Counted from the stretch's first letter, positions 17,599-28,109 are shown. The stretch is 64,000 bases of DNA from Caldisericia bacterium (GCA_963674785.1 OY771555.1:320001-384000), one strand, 5' to 3'. Notes: generated by a model from the letters alone, not told the origin. A program made the numbers and translations.

Positions 17599-20498
17599 TA
17601 CCCATTAGGCTTGAAATAACAGATTTTCTTTCCTACAGAGGATTTCACGCACTCGACCTATCTGGAATTCATGTTGCCTCAATTGTTGGAACAAATGGTT
17701 CGGGAAAATCAGCACTTCTTGATGCAATCTCCTGGGTACTTTTCGGAAAATCGCGTGAACACAATATCACTGGTCGAAAAACAAATAAACAGCGTGATGC
17801 AGTAATAAATGACTACGCAGACTCCTGTGAGGTCAGTCTTGAGTTCATGGTTGAAGGAAACAGATTTCTTGTCAACCGTGCAATTGACAGAGGCAAGAGT
17901 GGCTGGCGAGTTCAATTCAAAAGACTCACACAGTCTGGGGAAGAAAACATCAAAGACAAAGGGAACATCGACTCACTCATTGAAAAAGAGCTTGGTATAA
18001 CATTCGATGTTTTTTTCTCATCATCCTTTATCACACAAGGTGACAGTTCAAGATTCATGGAGGCATCGGTTTCCGGAAGACTTGAGGTTTTATCTGAAAT
18101 TCTCGATCTTTCGATTTACGAGAAGTGTCTTGATGAGACCAAAAAATCATACAGAGAAACAGAAAACCAAATCAAGTTTTTGACTCATAAAATATCTGAC
18201 CTGAAAGCTGAATCTGAAAAAATCCCCGAGATTCAAAAAAACCTTCAGGAAGCCACAAACAAATCAGAGGAACTGAATAAAAAACGTGATGAGTCTGCAG
18301 AAAAAATCAAACAGGTTAATCAACAAATCACAGAAATTGACTTCAAAATAAAGATTCTAAATGACAAAAAATCGGAACTTGAGAAGGCAAAAAGAAACCT
18401 GGATGACCTCATGAAACAACTTGAAATTCTGGAAATTGAAATCATCAAACAACAGCAATTGATAGAAAAATCAAATGAGATTGAGGAGGGCTTTAAGAAA
18501 TATCAAAACATCCAAAAAACACTCGACATCGAAAATGAAAAGAAACTAGTTCATGAGAAGCTAACCTCAGAAATCCAAAAACTCGAGTCAGAAATCAAGC
18601 TTGAAAAAACAAGACTAAAAGCTGAGTTTGATAATGCTACCAAAAATCTTGAGCAGGTGAAGACATTTATCTCAGAAAACATCGATGCTGAAAACATGAT
18701 AAAAACTGTATCTGATGAAAAAAGCAAACTCTCTGAAATCACAGCTGAAATAAGCAAAATCGAAGCGAAGATTAATGAATCTAAGATAAAAATAGCACCA
18801 CTACAAGATTCAATCACAAAAACCAAAGCAAAAATAATCAAAACAAAAGATGAAGTAGGGATACACGAATCATCTGAATTAGAATCTGAGTTTGAATTCC
18901 TTTTAGGTGAGTACCCAAATAAAATTCGTCAAATCCAAGATAATCTTGAAAAAAGCAAATCTGAGCAACTCAGAATTTCTGAAAAGATCACAGGTAACAA
19001 AACCACAATAAACCATATTCAAAGCGAACTTGAGATGCTAAAAACCGGTGAGGGTGGAGTTTGTCCCCTTTGTGGTTCTGAATTATCATCTGAAAAATCA
19101 GATGACATTGAATCAGAAAAATCTGCTAAACTCATGGAACTCAAACAAGAAATAGCTGAATTAACCACAAAAAGTAATGACCTGAATAAGGACATCAGAA
19201 GTCTTGAATCATCACAAAAAATTCTTGAAAAAAGACACTCTAAGCTTCCACTCATAAGGCAAATTATCGAGATGGGTTCTCAATTGGAAGATAGCCAAAA
19301 TGAGCTTGAAGAGGAAAATAAGAATCTTAAAACAGTTGAACAAAAGCTCGAATCAATCAAATCAGAAAACAGAGAGCTTATTACCAAAAAAGATAAGATT
19401 GAGTCAGAGTTTTTGAGACTCTCAGGTGTGATTCAAAACCTTGAGTCAAAAAAGATAGAAAAAGATAAGGTCACTGAAACCTTCGAGATTCTTGAAAACA
19501 AGCTAAAAAATGAAGAGTTCTGCACAGGTGAGAAAAAGAAACTTAAAGGTTTGAAAATCCAGCTTGAGGAAAACTCATTTGATGCTGGTGCATATCAACA
19601 AATCCTGTCTGATGAAAAAAAATATCGAGAGTTTCAGCAGAAGATGAGCGAACTTGAGCTTGCTAAAGAAAAATCGGAAAGCATAAAAAAAGAAAAAGTA
19701 TCAATATCAAAAAGAATATCAGAATCGGAAGAAAAGATCGAAAACCTCACAGGAGAGCTGCAAAGCTTTGATGATGTCTTTTCAAAAAAGGCCGAACAAT
19801 TGGGCATCCTGAAATCTCTGACTGATGAAAACAACACCATCTTAAAGGAAAGAGATGAAGCAATAACAGCGGTTTCAGAACAAAAAACATTACTTGAAAA
19901 AGCAAAAAGTGCCGAGATAGAATCGGCAGAATCACAAAAGCTTTTTGAATCGCTGTCGATTGATTCTGAAATCCTTCAGAGATTGAAAGTAATGTTTGGA
20001 AGAGACGGTATACCAAATCAGATTCTTGAGGGGGTTGTCCCTCAGCTTGAAGAGGTTGCAAACGATATCCTTGAAAAAATCACAAAGGGTCGCCATAGCG
20101 GAGAGGCGATGAGGATGCAGTTTGAGCTCTCACGCGAGAGTGCAACTGGCAAGAGAAACACAGCTCTGGACATTATTCTTTCAGATGGTCAAAATGAAAG
20201 ACCATATGAGCTTTTCAGTGGTGGCGAGAGATTCCGCGCAGACTTTGCAATCCGTCTTGCCCTTTCGCATATCCTTTCAAGAAGGAGTGGTAGAAAACTC
20301 CGCCTTCTTGTTGTTGATGAGGGATTCGGTTCACAGGATTCTGAGGGGGTTTCGGCACTTGTTGATGCCATCCATGATGTCTCTCCCGACTTTGAAAAAA
20401 TCCTTGTTGTTTCACATGTTGATGAGATTAAGAATCATTTTGACAGGCAAATCCAAGTCTGGCGAGATGCGGATGGTTCACATTTTGAGTTGGTTTAA
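17595..20498 (+). CDS. sbcC: SbcC/Rad50 SMC ATPase
   Basis: Walker A GTNGSGKS, coiled coils, CPLC zinc hook, FSGGE, VVDEGFGSQD and VSH. Confidence 0.95.
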   Translation: MIPIRLEITDFLSYRGFHALDLSGIHVASIVGTNGSGKSALLDAISWVLFGKSREHNITGRKTNKQRDAVINDYADSCEVSLEFMVEGNRFLVNRAIDRGKSGWRVQFKRLTQSGEENIKDKGNIDSLIEKELGITFDVFFSSSFITQGDSSRFMEASVSGRLEVLSEILDLSIYEKCLDETKKSYRETENQIKFLTHKISDLKAESEKIPEIQKNLQEATNKSEELNKKRDESAEKIKQVNQQITEIDFKIKILNDKKSELEKAKRNLDDLMKQLEILEIEIIKQQQLIEKSNEIEEGFKKYQNIQKTLDIENEKKLVHEKLTSEIQKLESEIKLEKTRLKAEFDNATKNLEQVKTFISENIDAENMIKTVSDEKSKLSEITAEISKIEAKINESKIKIAPLQDSITKTKAKIIKTKDEVGIHESSELESEFEFLLGEYPNKIRQIQDNLEKSKSEQLRISEKITGNKTTINHIQSELEMLKTGEGGVCPLCGSELSSEKSDDIESEKSAKLMELKQEIAELTTKSNDLNKDIRSLESSQKILEKRHSKLPLIRQIIEMGSQLEDSQNELEEENKNLKTVEQKLESIKSENRELITKKDKIESEFLRLSGVIQNLESKKIEKDKVTETFEILENKLKNEEFCTGEKKKLKGLKIQLEENSFDAGAYQQILSDEKKYREFQQKMSELELAKEKSESIKKEKVSISKRISESEEKIENLTGELQSFDDVFSKKAEQLGILKSLTDENNTILKERDEAITAVSEQKTLLEKAKSAEIESAESQKLFESLSIDSEILQRLKVMFGRDGIPNQILEGVVPQLEEVANDILEKITKGRHSGEAMRMQFELSRESATGKRNTALDIILSDGQNERPYELFSGGERFRADFAIRLALSHILSRRSGRKLRLLVVDEGFGSQDSEGVSALVDAIHDVSPDFEKILVVSHVDEIKNHFDRQIQVWRDADGSHFELV
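20449..20498 (+). repeat. Direct repeat copy 1 (current sbcC 3' end)
   Basis: 45/50 identical to 22390-22439. Confidence 0.9.
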
Positions 20499-20534
20499 GT
20501 CAGACAGCCAAATATCATCAACCACAACAAAAAT

Positions 20535-20562
20535 TTGACAGTCAAAACATTAACCGTAAAAT
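20535..20562 (+). promoter_or_regulatory. Sigma70-type promoter of the inserted gene
   Basis: TTGACA-16 nt-TAAAAT followed by a GGAGG RBS. Confidence 0.65.
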
Positions 20563-20581
20563 TTCCTGTGGAGGAGCAGAC

Positions 20582-22378
20582 ATGTACAAAAAAGATGGGA
20601 TTAGTTTTTTCAGTTCAAAGGTTTTGAGGGTTTTCTTTATTATTGTTTTCGCTTTTATTCTTCTGACACCTCAAAACACAACAACAAATGCAAGAGCATC
20701 AAGCACCCAAATGGCGTTAAACCTTCATGTGATCATAAATCCTGATTCAGTCACTTTAAAATGGGATGATGTATATCCTGATTATTGGTATGTTCCTGAG
20801 AAAGAAATTGGTGAACTAGGGTTTTTTCCTCTAGTTGATATCCCCATAAGAGAAGATGAATTTGAATATAATGATTATGGTAGATATACATGTTTCAGAC
20901 TTCGAGTAGTAGATAGGGAATACAATGAGATAGCCATCACTGATGAAAAGGTATGTGCATGGAGGGATGAAGAGAATCCGCTACCAAACACTTACGATAT
21001 AGAAGAGGATGGTGACTGCAGATGTCTTCTTGTGTTGTCTTATCAAATTGGAACAAAACATGCAAATGCTTATATGGGTGAAGAAGAGCGATATTTAGAA
21101 TCCAGAGAAAATCCACCAGTCTTAGAAAATGGTAGTCTTTCCTGGGTTCCAGACGGTCACAGGATAAATCGTGAGCCAATCATCAAAAATGGAAGAGTGT
21201 TTGTTGAAGCAGAAGATGTTCTTAAATTCACTCCAAACTCAAGCTGGCAATTGAATGAGGAAGAACAGATGTTTTCGATGTCAATCCCAAAGACAATGTA
21301 TCCACAATATCACCCATACACTGATGACACTAAACCATTCCATTACACAACGGTTGAATTGAAAATAGGCAAAGATGTAGCACTTATAGATGGTAGACCC
21401 CAACCTATTGACTGGGTCGATAATGATGTTACATCATATATTGAAAAAGACGATGATGGTATCGATCATCTAATGGTTCCGCTCAGGTTTATGGCAGAAA
21501 TAACTGGCGCAAAAGATATTGTGTGGCTTCCTGAATATAAAATTCCAATGATCACATATGATGTAAATGACTGTGGTTGTCAGATAGAAGGAAGAAATAA
21601 TGACGATCCAAATACCTATGATAATTGGGATGTTGAACTTACCAATATAAAGATTGATGGTGAACCAGCTGATTCAAGTTACTTTTCAACAGATGGGTCT
21701 GTTCCTGATGAAATACTCAAAAGCACTACATCTGTTTCCATGGATTTCTCAATTATCAATAATAACGAGCGTCCGATAACATTCACCGTAAAAACACCAG
21801 ACATTGAAACAATATGCACTGATCCTGATAATATTGACCCAAATAATCTTGATCCAATAATTGTGAAACCTGGAGAAAAATCTAATCCGATAAATCTTAT
21901 GTTTGGAATAAATGATTGGCCAGATGAAAACATAAAAATATTACAATTCTCACTCGTCTATAAAAAGGGGGAATATATTGAAAAAGAAGGCACCATAAAA
22001 ACTGTTACAGTAAAAACTGGAAAGTGTTGTTATGAAATGGACTATATGGTTGACATCAAGCTCCCTGATAGTCCATATTGTTTCAGCCCTGGAGATGAAG
22101 TCTCTGGAATAATTGAAATAAAGAACAATTGTTTTAGAGAAATTAGGATCAGACTCATACCTTCTAAACACATCACAAAACATAGTCTCCCAGATAATAT
22201 AATTGAACTTGGCTCAGAACCATATACCAGTACAGAAATTCCATTATTGTTTACTGTCCCTGACAATATCAGTAGTGAAGAAACGTTTCAATATCTAAGG
22301 GTTATTCAGATTGATAAAGATGGTAATGATATTGATGATTGTGAAGAGAAATTTTGGTTGAGGTATTGCGAGGAATAA
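20582..22378 (+). CDS. Secreted Cys-rich surface protein with a stalk (copper amine oxidase N-terminal-like) domain and Ig-like domains
   Basis: Signal peptide; PIIKNGRVFV and MVPLRFMAEITGA..IVW motifs. Confidence 0.85.
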   Translation: MYKKDGISFFSSKVLRVFFIIVFAFILLTPQNTTTNARASSTQMALNLHVIINPDSVTLKWDDVYPDYWYVPEKEIGELGFFPLVDIPIREDEFEYNDYGRYTCFRLRVVDREYNEIAITDEKVCAWRDEENPLPNTYDIEEDGDCRCLLVLSYQIGTKHANAYMGEEERYLESRENPPVLENGSLSWVPDGHRINREPIIKNGRVFVEAEDVLKFTPNSSWQLNEEEQMFSMSIPKTMYPQYHPYTDDTKPFHYTTVELKIGKDVALIDGRPQPIDWVDNDVTSYIEKDDDGIDHLMVPLRFMAEITGAKDIVWLPEYKIPMITYDVNDCGCQIEGRNNDDPNTYDNWDVELTNIKIDGEPADSSYFSTDGSVPDEILKSTTSVSMDFSIINNNERPITFTVKTPDIETICTDPDNIDPNNLDPIIVKPGEKSNPINLMFGINDWPDENIKILQFSLVYKKGEYIEKEGTIKTVTVKTGKCCYEMDYMVDIKLPDSPYCFSPGDEVSGIIEIKNNCFREIRIRLIPSKHITKHSLPDNIIELGSEPYTSTEIPLLFTVPDNISSEETFQYLRVIQIDKDGNDIDDCEEKFWLRYCEE

Positions 22379-22389
22379 AAAACCACAAT

Positions 22390-22439
22390 AAATCAAAGTC
22401 TGGCGAGATGCAGACGGTTCACATTTTGAGTTTGTTTAG
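22390..22439 (+). repeat. Direct repeat copy 2 (orphan allelic sbcC 3' end, IKVWRDADGSHFEFV*)
   Basis: 45/50 identical to the sbcC end; in frame with its own stop. Confidence 0.9.
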
Positions 22440-23038
22440 ATTCCTGACATCAATCCACCAAGAATAAAAACTGCAAAAACAGAAACAATTGAAAGTATCA
22501 CAAAGTTGAGCATAAATAATTCTCTGAATTTTTCCAACGAAAAACTATTTAAAACTCCACACCAGAAACAATAGACAGAAGCTGAAATAAGAGCAAACAA
22601 CCCGGATACAAGACTCCTGTTCCCTCTATCGGTAGCATTTTGAAAAAAATGATGTAGAAATGTCAAAGCAATACAGATCATAAGAAAAACTGAATTCAGA
22701 AGATATGAATAAAATAACTCCGGAATAATCTTGTATCTGTTTCTGAAGATTTTTATCACAAAAAAGAGAACTATGGAATTAACCAAAAGAACAATATTAC
22801 AAAAAAGCAAAAATTTCAGAGAATTGATTATAATTTCTCCTATTGGCAGATGATTATTTGGAGTCCAAACAACCAATCTTCGAGCAGTAACTATACCAAT
22901 AAAAACCATCATCAAAAGATTATCCCAGATAAAAGCATAAACAGTCATTAACCAATGATCTTTTTCTTTTGTTGCCCTTTGGATTGTTTCAAAAGGCTCT
23001 CTTAAAATTCCAAACACATATGAAAAAAATTTTCTCAT
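22436..23038 (-). CDS. Multi-pass membrane protein, Yip1-like
   Basis: 'GILREPFETI' start and about 5 TM segments; ATGA overlap with the upstream ORF. Confidence 0.7.
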   Translation of the reverse strand: MRKFFSYVFGILREPFETIQRATKEKDHWLMTVYAFIWDNLLMMVFIGIVTARRLVVWTPNNHLPIGEIIINSLKFLLFCNIVLLVNSIVLFFVIKIFRNRYKIIPELFYSYLLNSVFLMICIALTFLHHFFQNATDRGNRSLVSGLFALISASVYCFWCGVLNSFSLEKFRELFMLNFVILSIVSVFAVFILGGLMSGI

Positions 23039-23256
23039 TTTCTCTTCTTTTTCTCCCATCTTTTTTGTGGTTTTTTGTATTTCTTCCTTCCAGAAAGTGG
23101 ATAAAAGAATGCCATCAGAAATTTTGGAATGCCGTTCCAAAGCGAATCATATAACCTGTCATCAGTTTTGTTTGAGATATCACTATCATCATAATCAATT
23201 TTCTTCAATATCTTAGGCAATCTCAAAAGCGTTCTCAAAATTGACATAATATTCAT
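23035..23256 (-). CDS. Small basic hypothetical protein (73 aa)
   Basis: Its stop overlaps the start of the downstream gene (ATGA coupling). Confidence 0.5.
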   Translation of the reverse strand: MNIMSILRTLLRLPKILKKIDYDDSDISNKTDDRLYDSLWNGIPKFLMAFFYPLSGRKKYKKPQKRWEKKKRK

Positions 23257-23385
23257 TCTCTACATTTTGAATATTGTTGTCAATTCTCGTTTTTTATGTT
23301 TGTATCAGAATTATCAACCGCTTGTCAACAAATCATCAATGACTATCATGGTAAATGAAACCTGTGGAGAAAGGAAAGATGAAAA

Positions 23386-24231
23386 ATGAATAATCTATCA
23401 ATTATGATTCAAGATATATTACAGAAGGCAAACCTGCCAAACTGGCTTGTTGGCGTGATCGTGCCTGTTTTAAATATTCTTGGGGCAGTTCTGATCTTGA
23501 TAATTGGATATTGGATTGCGGGAAAACTTGCACGAAGCGTCAAAAAAGCATGCGACAAAACCGACAGGATTGATGACACATTAACCCCACTTATTGTGCA
23601 GGTGGTGAGGTATGGGGTAATTATTGTAACAATAATCACTGTTCTTCAGATTTTTGGAATCGCAACAACAAGTATCATTGCTGTACTCGGTTCATTTGGT
23701 CTTGCTTTTGGTCTTGCACTCCAGGGTGCAATGACAAACATTGCATCAGGAATCATGATAATCACACTCCGACCATTTTCTGTTGGTGATACGGTTGAAG
23801 TTGGTGGAACCACAGGAAATGTTGAGCAGATTGGGCTTTTCTATACAAGAATGAGTACACTTGACGGGGTAAATGTTGTGATGCCCAATTCAAACATATG
23901 GGGTTCAGAGATAAAGAACTTCTCAAAGAATGAAGTAAGAAGGATGAATCTCACATTTGGAATTGGATATGAAGGCGACATCAACAAAGCATATGAGGTA
24001 ATCAACAGAATCTACAAAGATGAACCTCGAATCCTTGATGAACCAGCACCAACAGTGGCTGTAACAGAACTTGCGGACAGTTCAGTCAACATGATCGCTT
24101 ACGCCTGGACAAAACGTGAAGACTGGTGGGACACCCAGCTTGAGCTTGTAAAAACTGTCAAAGAGGCGTTTGATAAAGAGGGTCTGTCAATCCCATTCCC
24201 ACAGATGGATGTTCATATTATGAAGGAATAG
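23386..24231 (+). CDS. mscS: Small-conductance mechanosensitive channel
   Basis: GLALQG..TNIASG, RPF.VGD, PN and IPFPQ motifs. Confidence 0.95.
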   Translation: MNNLSIMIQDILQKANLPNWLVGVIVPVLNILGAVLILIIGYWIAGKLARSVKKACDKTDRIDDTLTPLIVQVVRYGVIIVTIITVLQIFGIATTSIIAVLGSFGLAFGLALQGAMTNIASGIMIITLRPFSVGDTVEVGGTTGNVEQIGLFYTRMSTLDGVNVVMPNSNIWGSEIKNFSKNEVRRMNLTFGIGYEGDINKAYEVINRIYKDEPRILDEPAPTVAVTELADSSVNMIAYAWTKREDWWDTQLELVKTVKEAFDKEGLSIPFPQMDVHIMKE

Positions 24232-24388
24232 AATCAAAACACTCCCAGCAAAAATTAATCGATGTTTGGCAAAAATCATTTTGGTTTCACCCTCTATTTC
24301 ATTCTGCACTATCATGAAAACTGATTTGACCAGAAACAATAGAACCCTAGAATATGTAATACTGATAACAAATATTTGAGGTAGAGTT

Positions 24389-25195
24389 ATGGCGAAAAAG
24401 GGAAGAAAAAAATCAACCGGAGAAAAAAAGGTTCCAAGAGTAGAACAACTCAGACAAAACGAAAAACGAAGCAGACGCAATAGCTGGATGACATCTTTGA
24501 TAACAATAGGTGTTGTTATCCTATTATCGGTGTTTTGGTATATTACAAGCAACAATAATGGAAGTTGGAAATTTCAAAGCCAGTTTGATGCTTTCACGTG
24601 TGAGCTTCCAGATTCATGGGTAGATTATGATTTTGAAGAAACTCTTAAATTTGATGGAGCTCTCGGAAGAAACACTTCACATGCACATTTGTTTGCACCA
24701 AAGTCAGTTGATATTGGTATTGAAGATATCAACACAAACTCAGATGTTCCAACTCTAAAGGTAGACCCAGAATTCCTCGAAACACTTGAAAAAAACCAGG
24801 GTGGAAAAGCATCTCCCGCTCTAAACAAAGAGCTCGCAGACCAACTTAAAGGACAAATAGATATTTCTAAAGCGGATAGTGGACAACATGAGATTGACCT
24901 ATATCTAACAGTTCTCACAGCAGCAATCTTTTCCGATGAAAAATCAGAGGACGACATAAAAAGATACATTAACGGAATCGGCGGGATTGATGATCCAGTA
25001 GAATACTACCTCACAAAACTGGAGTCAGATGGCACAAAAATTCCAGGTGTAGAATACGGTTACTATAAACTTTTAGGTGACCACCCAACAGGCATCATCA
25101 AAACTGACAACTATACAATCATTTTTGACGGAATGCTTGCAGAAAAATACGAAAATGACTTCGTATCAATTTTTGAGTCAATCAAAATACCATGA
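24389..25195 (+). CDS. Membrane-anchored hypothetical protein (PsbP-like)
   Basis: Basic N-terminus, one TM helix, 'FTCELPDSW...IFESIKI'. Confidence 0.75.
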   Translation: MAKKGRKKSTGEKKVPRVEQLRQNEKRSRRNSWMTSLITIGVVILLSVFWYITSNNNGSWKFQSQFDAFTCELPDSWVDYDFEETLKFDGALGRNTSHAHLFAPKSVDIGIEDINTNSDVPTLKVDPEFLETLEKNQGGKASPALNKELADQLKGQIDISKADSGQHEIDLYLTVLTAAIFSDEKSEDDIKRYINGIGGIDDPVEYYLTKLESDGTKIPGVEYGYYKLLGDHPTGIIKTDNYTIIFDGMLAEKYENDFVSIFESIKIP

Positions 25196-26424
25196 AGAAA
25201 AAAGCAGATTTAATCGTAACAGACATCTCTGAGCTTGTAACAGTTTCTGGAAATACCCCAAAAACAGGCAAAGACTTGTCAGACATTGGGCTCATCGAAA
25301 ATGGTGCATTTGCTGTTTCTGATGGAAAATTTGTTGCTGTTGGAAAAGCTGAAAAGATTCTTTCAGAGTATGAATCTGAAAATGTGATTTCAGCTGGTGA
25401 AAATGCCGTACTTCCAGGGTTTGTCGACCCGCACACCCATGCTGTTTTTGGCGGGGACAGATCAAAAGAATATGAGATGAGACTTTCTGGTGCAACATAT
25501 GAAGAAATCATGGAAGCAGGTGGAGGAATCCTTTCGAGTGTCAAAATGACACGTGAGGCATCTGAGGAAGAGCTGAATACCACGGCAAAAAAACGCCTCA
25601 AAAACATGATTTCACATGGCACCACAACAGTTGAGATAAAATCTGGGTATGGGCTAGATACACAAACTGAAAAAAAGATGTTGAAAGTGGCAAGAGAGGT
25701 TGCTACTGAACTTGGCATAAACTTCAAAACAACATTCCTCGGCGCACATTCAGTACCTGCTGGAGCCGACAGGAATGAATACATCAAACTGCTCAAGGGT
25801 GAGATGTTGGAGGCTTGCAGGCAACACTCTGATTACATTGATATTTTCTGTGACAAGGGAGTATTCACAAACGAGGAAACTAAGGAAATCGTGAAGGATG
25901 CAGGGCTTCCCGTCAGGCTTCATGTTGATGAGCTCGCTGACACTAGTGGTGCAAAGCTTGCGGCAGAGCTTGGCGCACATTCAGCAGACCATCTGATAGC
26001 GGCAAATGATGAAGGATTTGAGGCACTGGCAGAAGCTGGAACTGTGGCGACATTTTTACCCGGAACATCTTTTTATCTTGGTAAACCTTTTGCAAGAGCA
26101 AGGTCAGCAATTGAAAAGGGTTGCATTGTTGCACTTGCAACCGACAGAAACCCCGGCTCATGCACAGTTGAATCGATGCAATTTGTAATTGGGCTTGCTT
26201 GCAAATTTTTGAAGCTCACGCCAAAAGAAGCGATTGTTGCAGCAACTCTCAATGCAGCGTATTCACTCAGACTTCACAATATAACAGGTTCAATTGATGT
26301 CGGCAAGCAGGCAGATTTTATTGTTCTGGATAATCCCACATATAGGATTATACCGTATGAAATGACTCAAAATCACGTATCAAACGTGTTTATAGCTGGC
26401 AAGGAGATGACATGGGACAAATAG
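25192..26424 (+). CDS. hutI: Imidazolonepropionase
   Basis: PGFVDPHTH, EIKSGYGL, LHVDEL, SADHL and ATD.NPG motifs. Confidence 0.97.
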   Translation: MKKKADLIVTDISELVTVSGNTPKTGKDLSDIGLIENGAFAVSDGKFVAVGKAEKILSEYESENVISAGENAVLPGFVDPHTHAVFGGDRSKEYEMRLSGATYEEIMEAGGGILSSVKMTREASEEELNTTAKKRLKNMISHGTTTVEIKSGYGLDTQTEKKMLKVAREVATELGINFKTTFLGAHSVPAGADRNEYIKLLKGEMLEACRQHSDYIDIFCDKGVFTNEETKEIVKDAGLPVRLHVDELADTSGAKLAAELGAHSADHLIAANDEGFEALAEAGTVATFLPGTSFYLGKPFARARSAIEKGCIVALATDRNPGSCTVESMQFVIGLACKFLKLTPKEAIVAATLNAAYSLRLHNITGSIDVGKQADFIVLDNPTYRIIPYEMTQNHVSNVFIAGKEMTWDK

Positions 26425-27938
26425 TAGAATGCGTACCGAACTTTTCAAACGGAAGAGACAAAGACGTTGTTGATAAAATTGCAAGACATGCAAAAGAGAC
26501 AAAGGGTGTAACACTGCTTGATGTCCAGATGGATGCAGACCACAACAGATGTGTCATCACTTTTGCTGGTGAACCAGAGGCAGCAGCAGATGCAGCATTT
26601 AAAATGTGCAAAGAAGCATCAGAACTGATTGACATGAACAAGCATTCTGGCGAACATCCAAGACTTGGTGCGACAGATGTTATTCCGTTTGTTCCAGTTT
26701 CAGAAATCACAGTTGATGAGTGCAACGCTCTTTCTGAAAGACTCGCAAACAGAATCTGGGATGAACTCAAGATTCCAAGCTACCTTTATGAAGAAACCGC
26801 AAGAACCCCTGATAGAGTCGACCTTGCCGTCATCCGTCGTGGTGAGTATGAAAAAATTAAAGAAGAGATGGGCAAGGTTCCAGAACGTGACCCAGATGTT
26901 GGTGAACCAAAGATGCACCCAACTGCTGGAACTGTAGTCATTGGTTGCCGAATGCCACTTGTTGCTTTCAATGTAAACCTTGGCACAATGAATGTTTCAA
27001 TTGCCAAGAAAATTGCAGGAATGTTGAGAAGCCGTTCAGGTGGATTTGCATACTGCAAAGCAATGGGATTCACAATTGAAGAACGCGGATATACCCAGGT
27101 TTCAATGAACCTCACAAACTATAAACGCACCTCAATCAGAAAAGTCTATGACATGATCAGATCTGAAGCCATGAGACTTGGTGTACTTCCAATTGGTGCA
27201 GAAATTGTTGGGCTTCTTCCACTTGATGCAATTCTTAGTGTCGCTAAGGGGCATCTTAATCTCTGGGATTTTGATAAAAAACAGATTCTTGACCTCAGAG
27301 TCGCAGGTGGCGGGGATGATAGCTGGGTACCAACTTCATTTGTAAAACAGGTCAGTAAAAAAGTTGCAGCCCCCGGTGGCGGTTCGGTTTCCGCTGGAAT
27401 TGGTTCACTTGCAGCAGCTCTTGCATCAATGGTTGCAAAGCTTTCACAGTCAAAAAGATTTGCAGATGTCAAAGAAGAGATGGCAGAAATCGCAGTTGAA
27501 GGCGACAAGTTTGCCGATGAACTTCTCATACTTGTCGAAGAAGATACCGATGCATTCAATGGTTTCATGAGCGCAATGAAGCTTCCCGATGGTGATGAGA
27601 AAGCCAAGGCTTTCAAAGAGCAGAGCATGCAGGAAGCAACTATTTATGCAACTGAAGTTCCACTTAAGACCATGAAGGCAACAGCAGCAGCCCTTCCACT
27701 CATAAGAGCAGTTGCCGAAAAAGGCAACCAGAACTCCGTCTCCGATGCTGGAGTCGCAGCACTTTCAGTTATCACAGCGGTCAAAGGTGCAAACCTCAAT
27801 GTGTTAATCAATGTGGGTGGAATTGAAGACAAAGCAAAAGCAGAGCAACTCAAAACTGATGCTAAAAAAATAATGGATACTGCAATCCCTGAAGCAGAAG
27901 CAATTTATACAATGATTGAAAAGAAGCTTGCTGAATAA
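26412..27938 (+). CDS. ftcD: Bifunctional glutamate formiminotransferase / formiminotetrahydrofolate cyclodeaminase
   Basis: ECVPNFS.GR, DHNR and HPRLGATDV.PF in the N-terminal half; PGGGSVSA and N..SDAGV in the cyclodeaminase half. Confidence 0.95.
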   Translation: MGQIVECVPNFSNGRDKDVVDKIARHAKETKGVTLLDVQMDADHNRCVITFAGEPEAAADAAFKMCKEASELIDMNKHSGEHPRLGATDVIPFVPVSEITVDECNALSERLANRIWDELKIPSYLYEETARTPDRVDLAVIRRGEYEKIKEEMGKVPERDPDVGEPKMHPTAGTVVIGCRMPLVAFNVNLGTMNVSIAKKIAGMLRSRSGGFAYCKAMGFTIEERGYTQVSMNLTNYKRTSIRKVYDMIRSEAMRLGVLPIGAEIVGLLPLDAILSVAKGHLNLWDFDKKQILDLRVAGGGDDSWVPTSFVKQVSKKVAAPGGGSVSAGIGSLAAALASMVAKLSQSKRFADVKEEMAEIAVEGDKFADELLILVEEDTDAFNGFMSAMKLPDGDEKAKAFKEQSMQEATIYATEVPLKTMKATAAALPLIRAVAEKGNQNSVSDAGVAALSVITAVKGANLNVLINVGGIEDKAKAEQLKTDAKKIMDTAIPEAEAIYTMIEKKLAE

Positions 27939-27959
27939 TTATTTCTATAAACTAAATCT

Positions 27960-27991
27960 AAAAAGGCGACCTTTAAAAGGTCGCCTTTTTT
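27960..27991 (+). terminator. Intrinsic (bidirectional-type) terminator
   Basis: AAAAAGGCGACCTT-taa-AAGGTCGCCTTTTT followed by T. Confidence 0.9.
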
Positions 27992-27997
27992 ATGTTT

Positions 27998-28080
27998 AAG
28001 ATCCGCATCAAGTTTGGGATGACATGGCAAGAATATCCAGAATGGTTCTGACATGTACAGTCTTTTAAGATTCCCGCTTT
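27998..28080. repeat. Degenerate REP-like units
   Basis: AGATCCGCATCAAGTTTGGGATGAC and half-unit AGATTCCCGC. Confidence 0.55.
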
Positions 28081-28109
28081 AATTATATAATCATCTGCTG
28101 GAGGGAAAG

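Noticed and set aside
26390-27853. Long antisense ORFs over ftcD (and similar ones over other genes)
   Set aside because: These are shadow ORFs of strongly supported genes on the opposite strand or frame.
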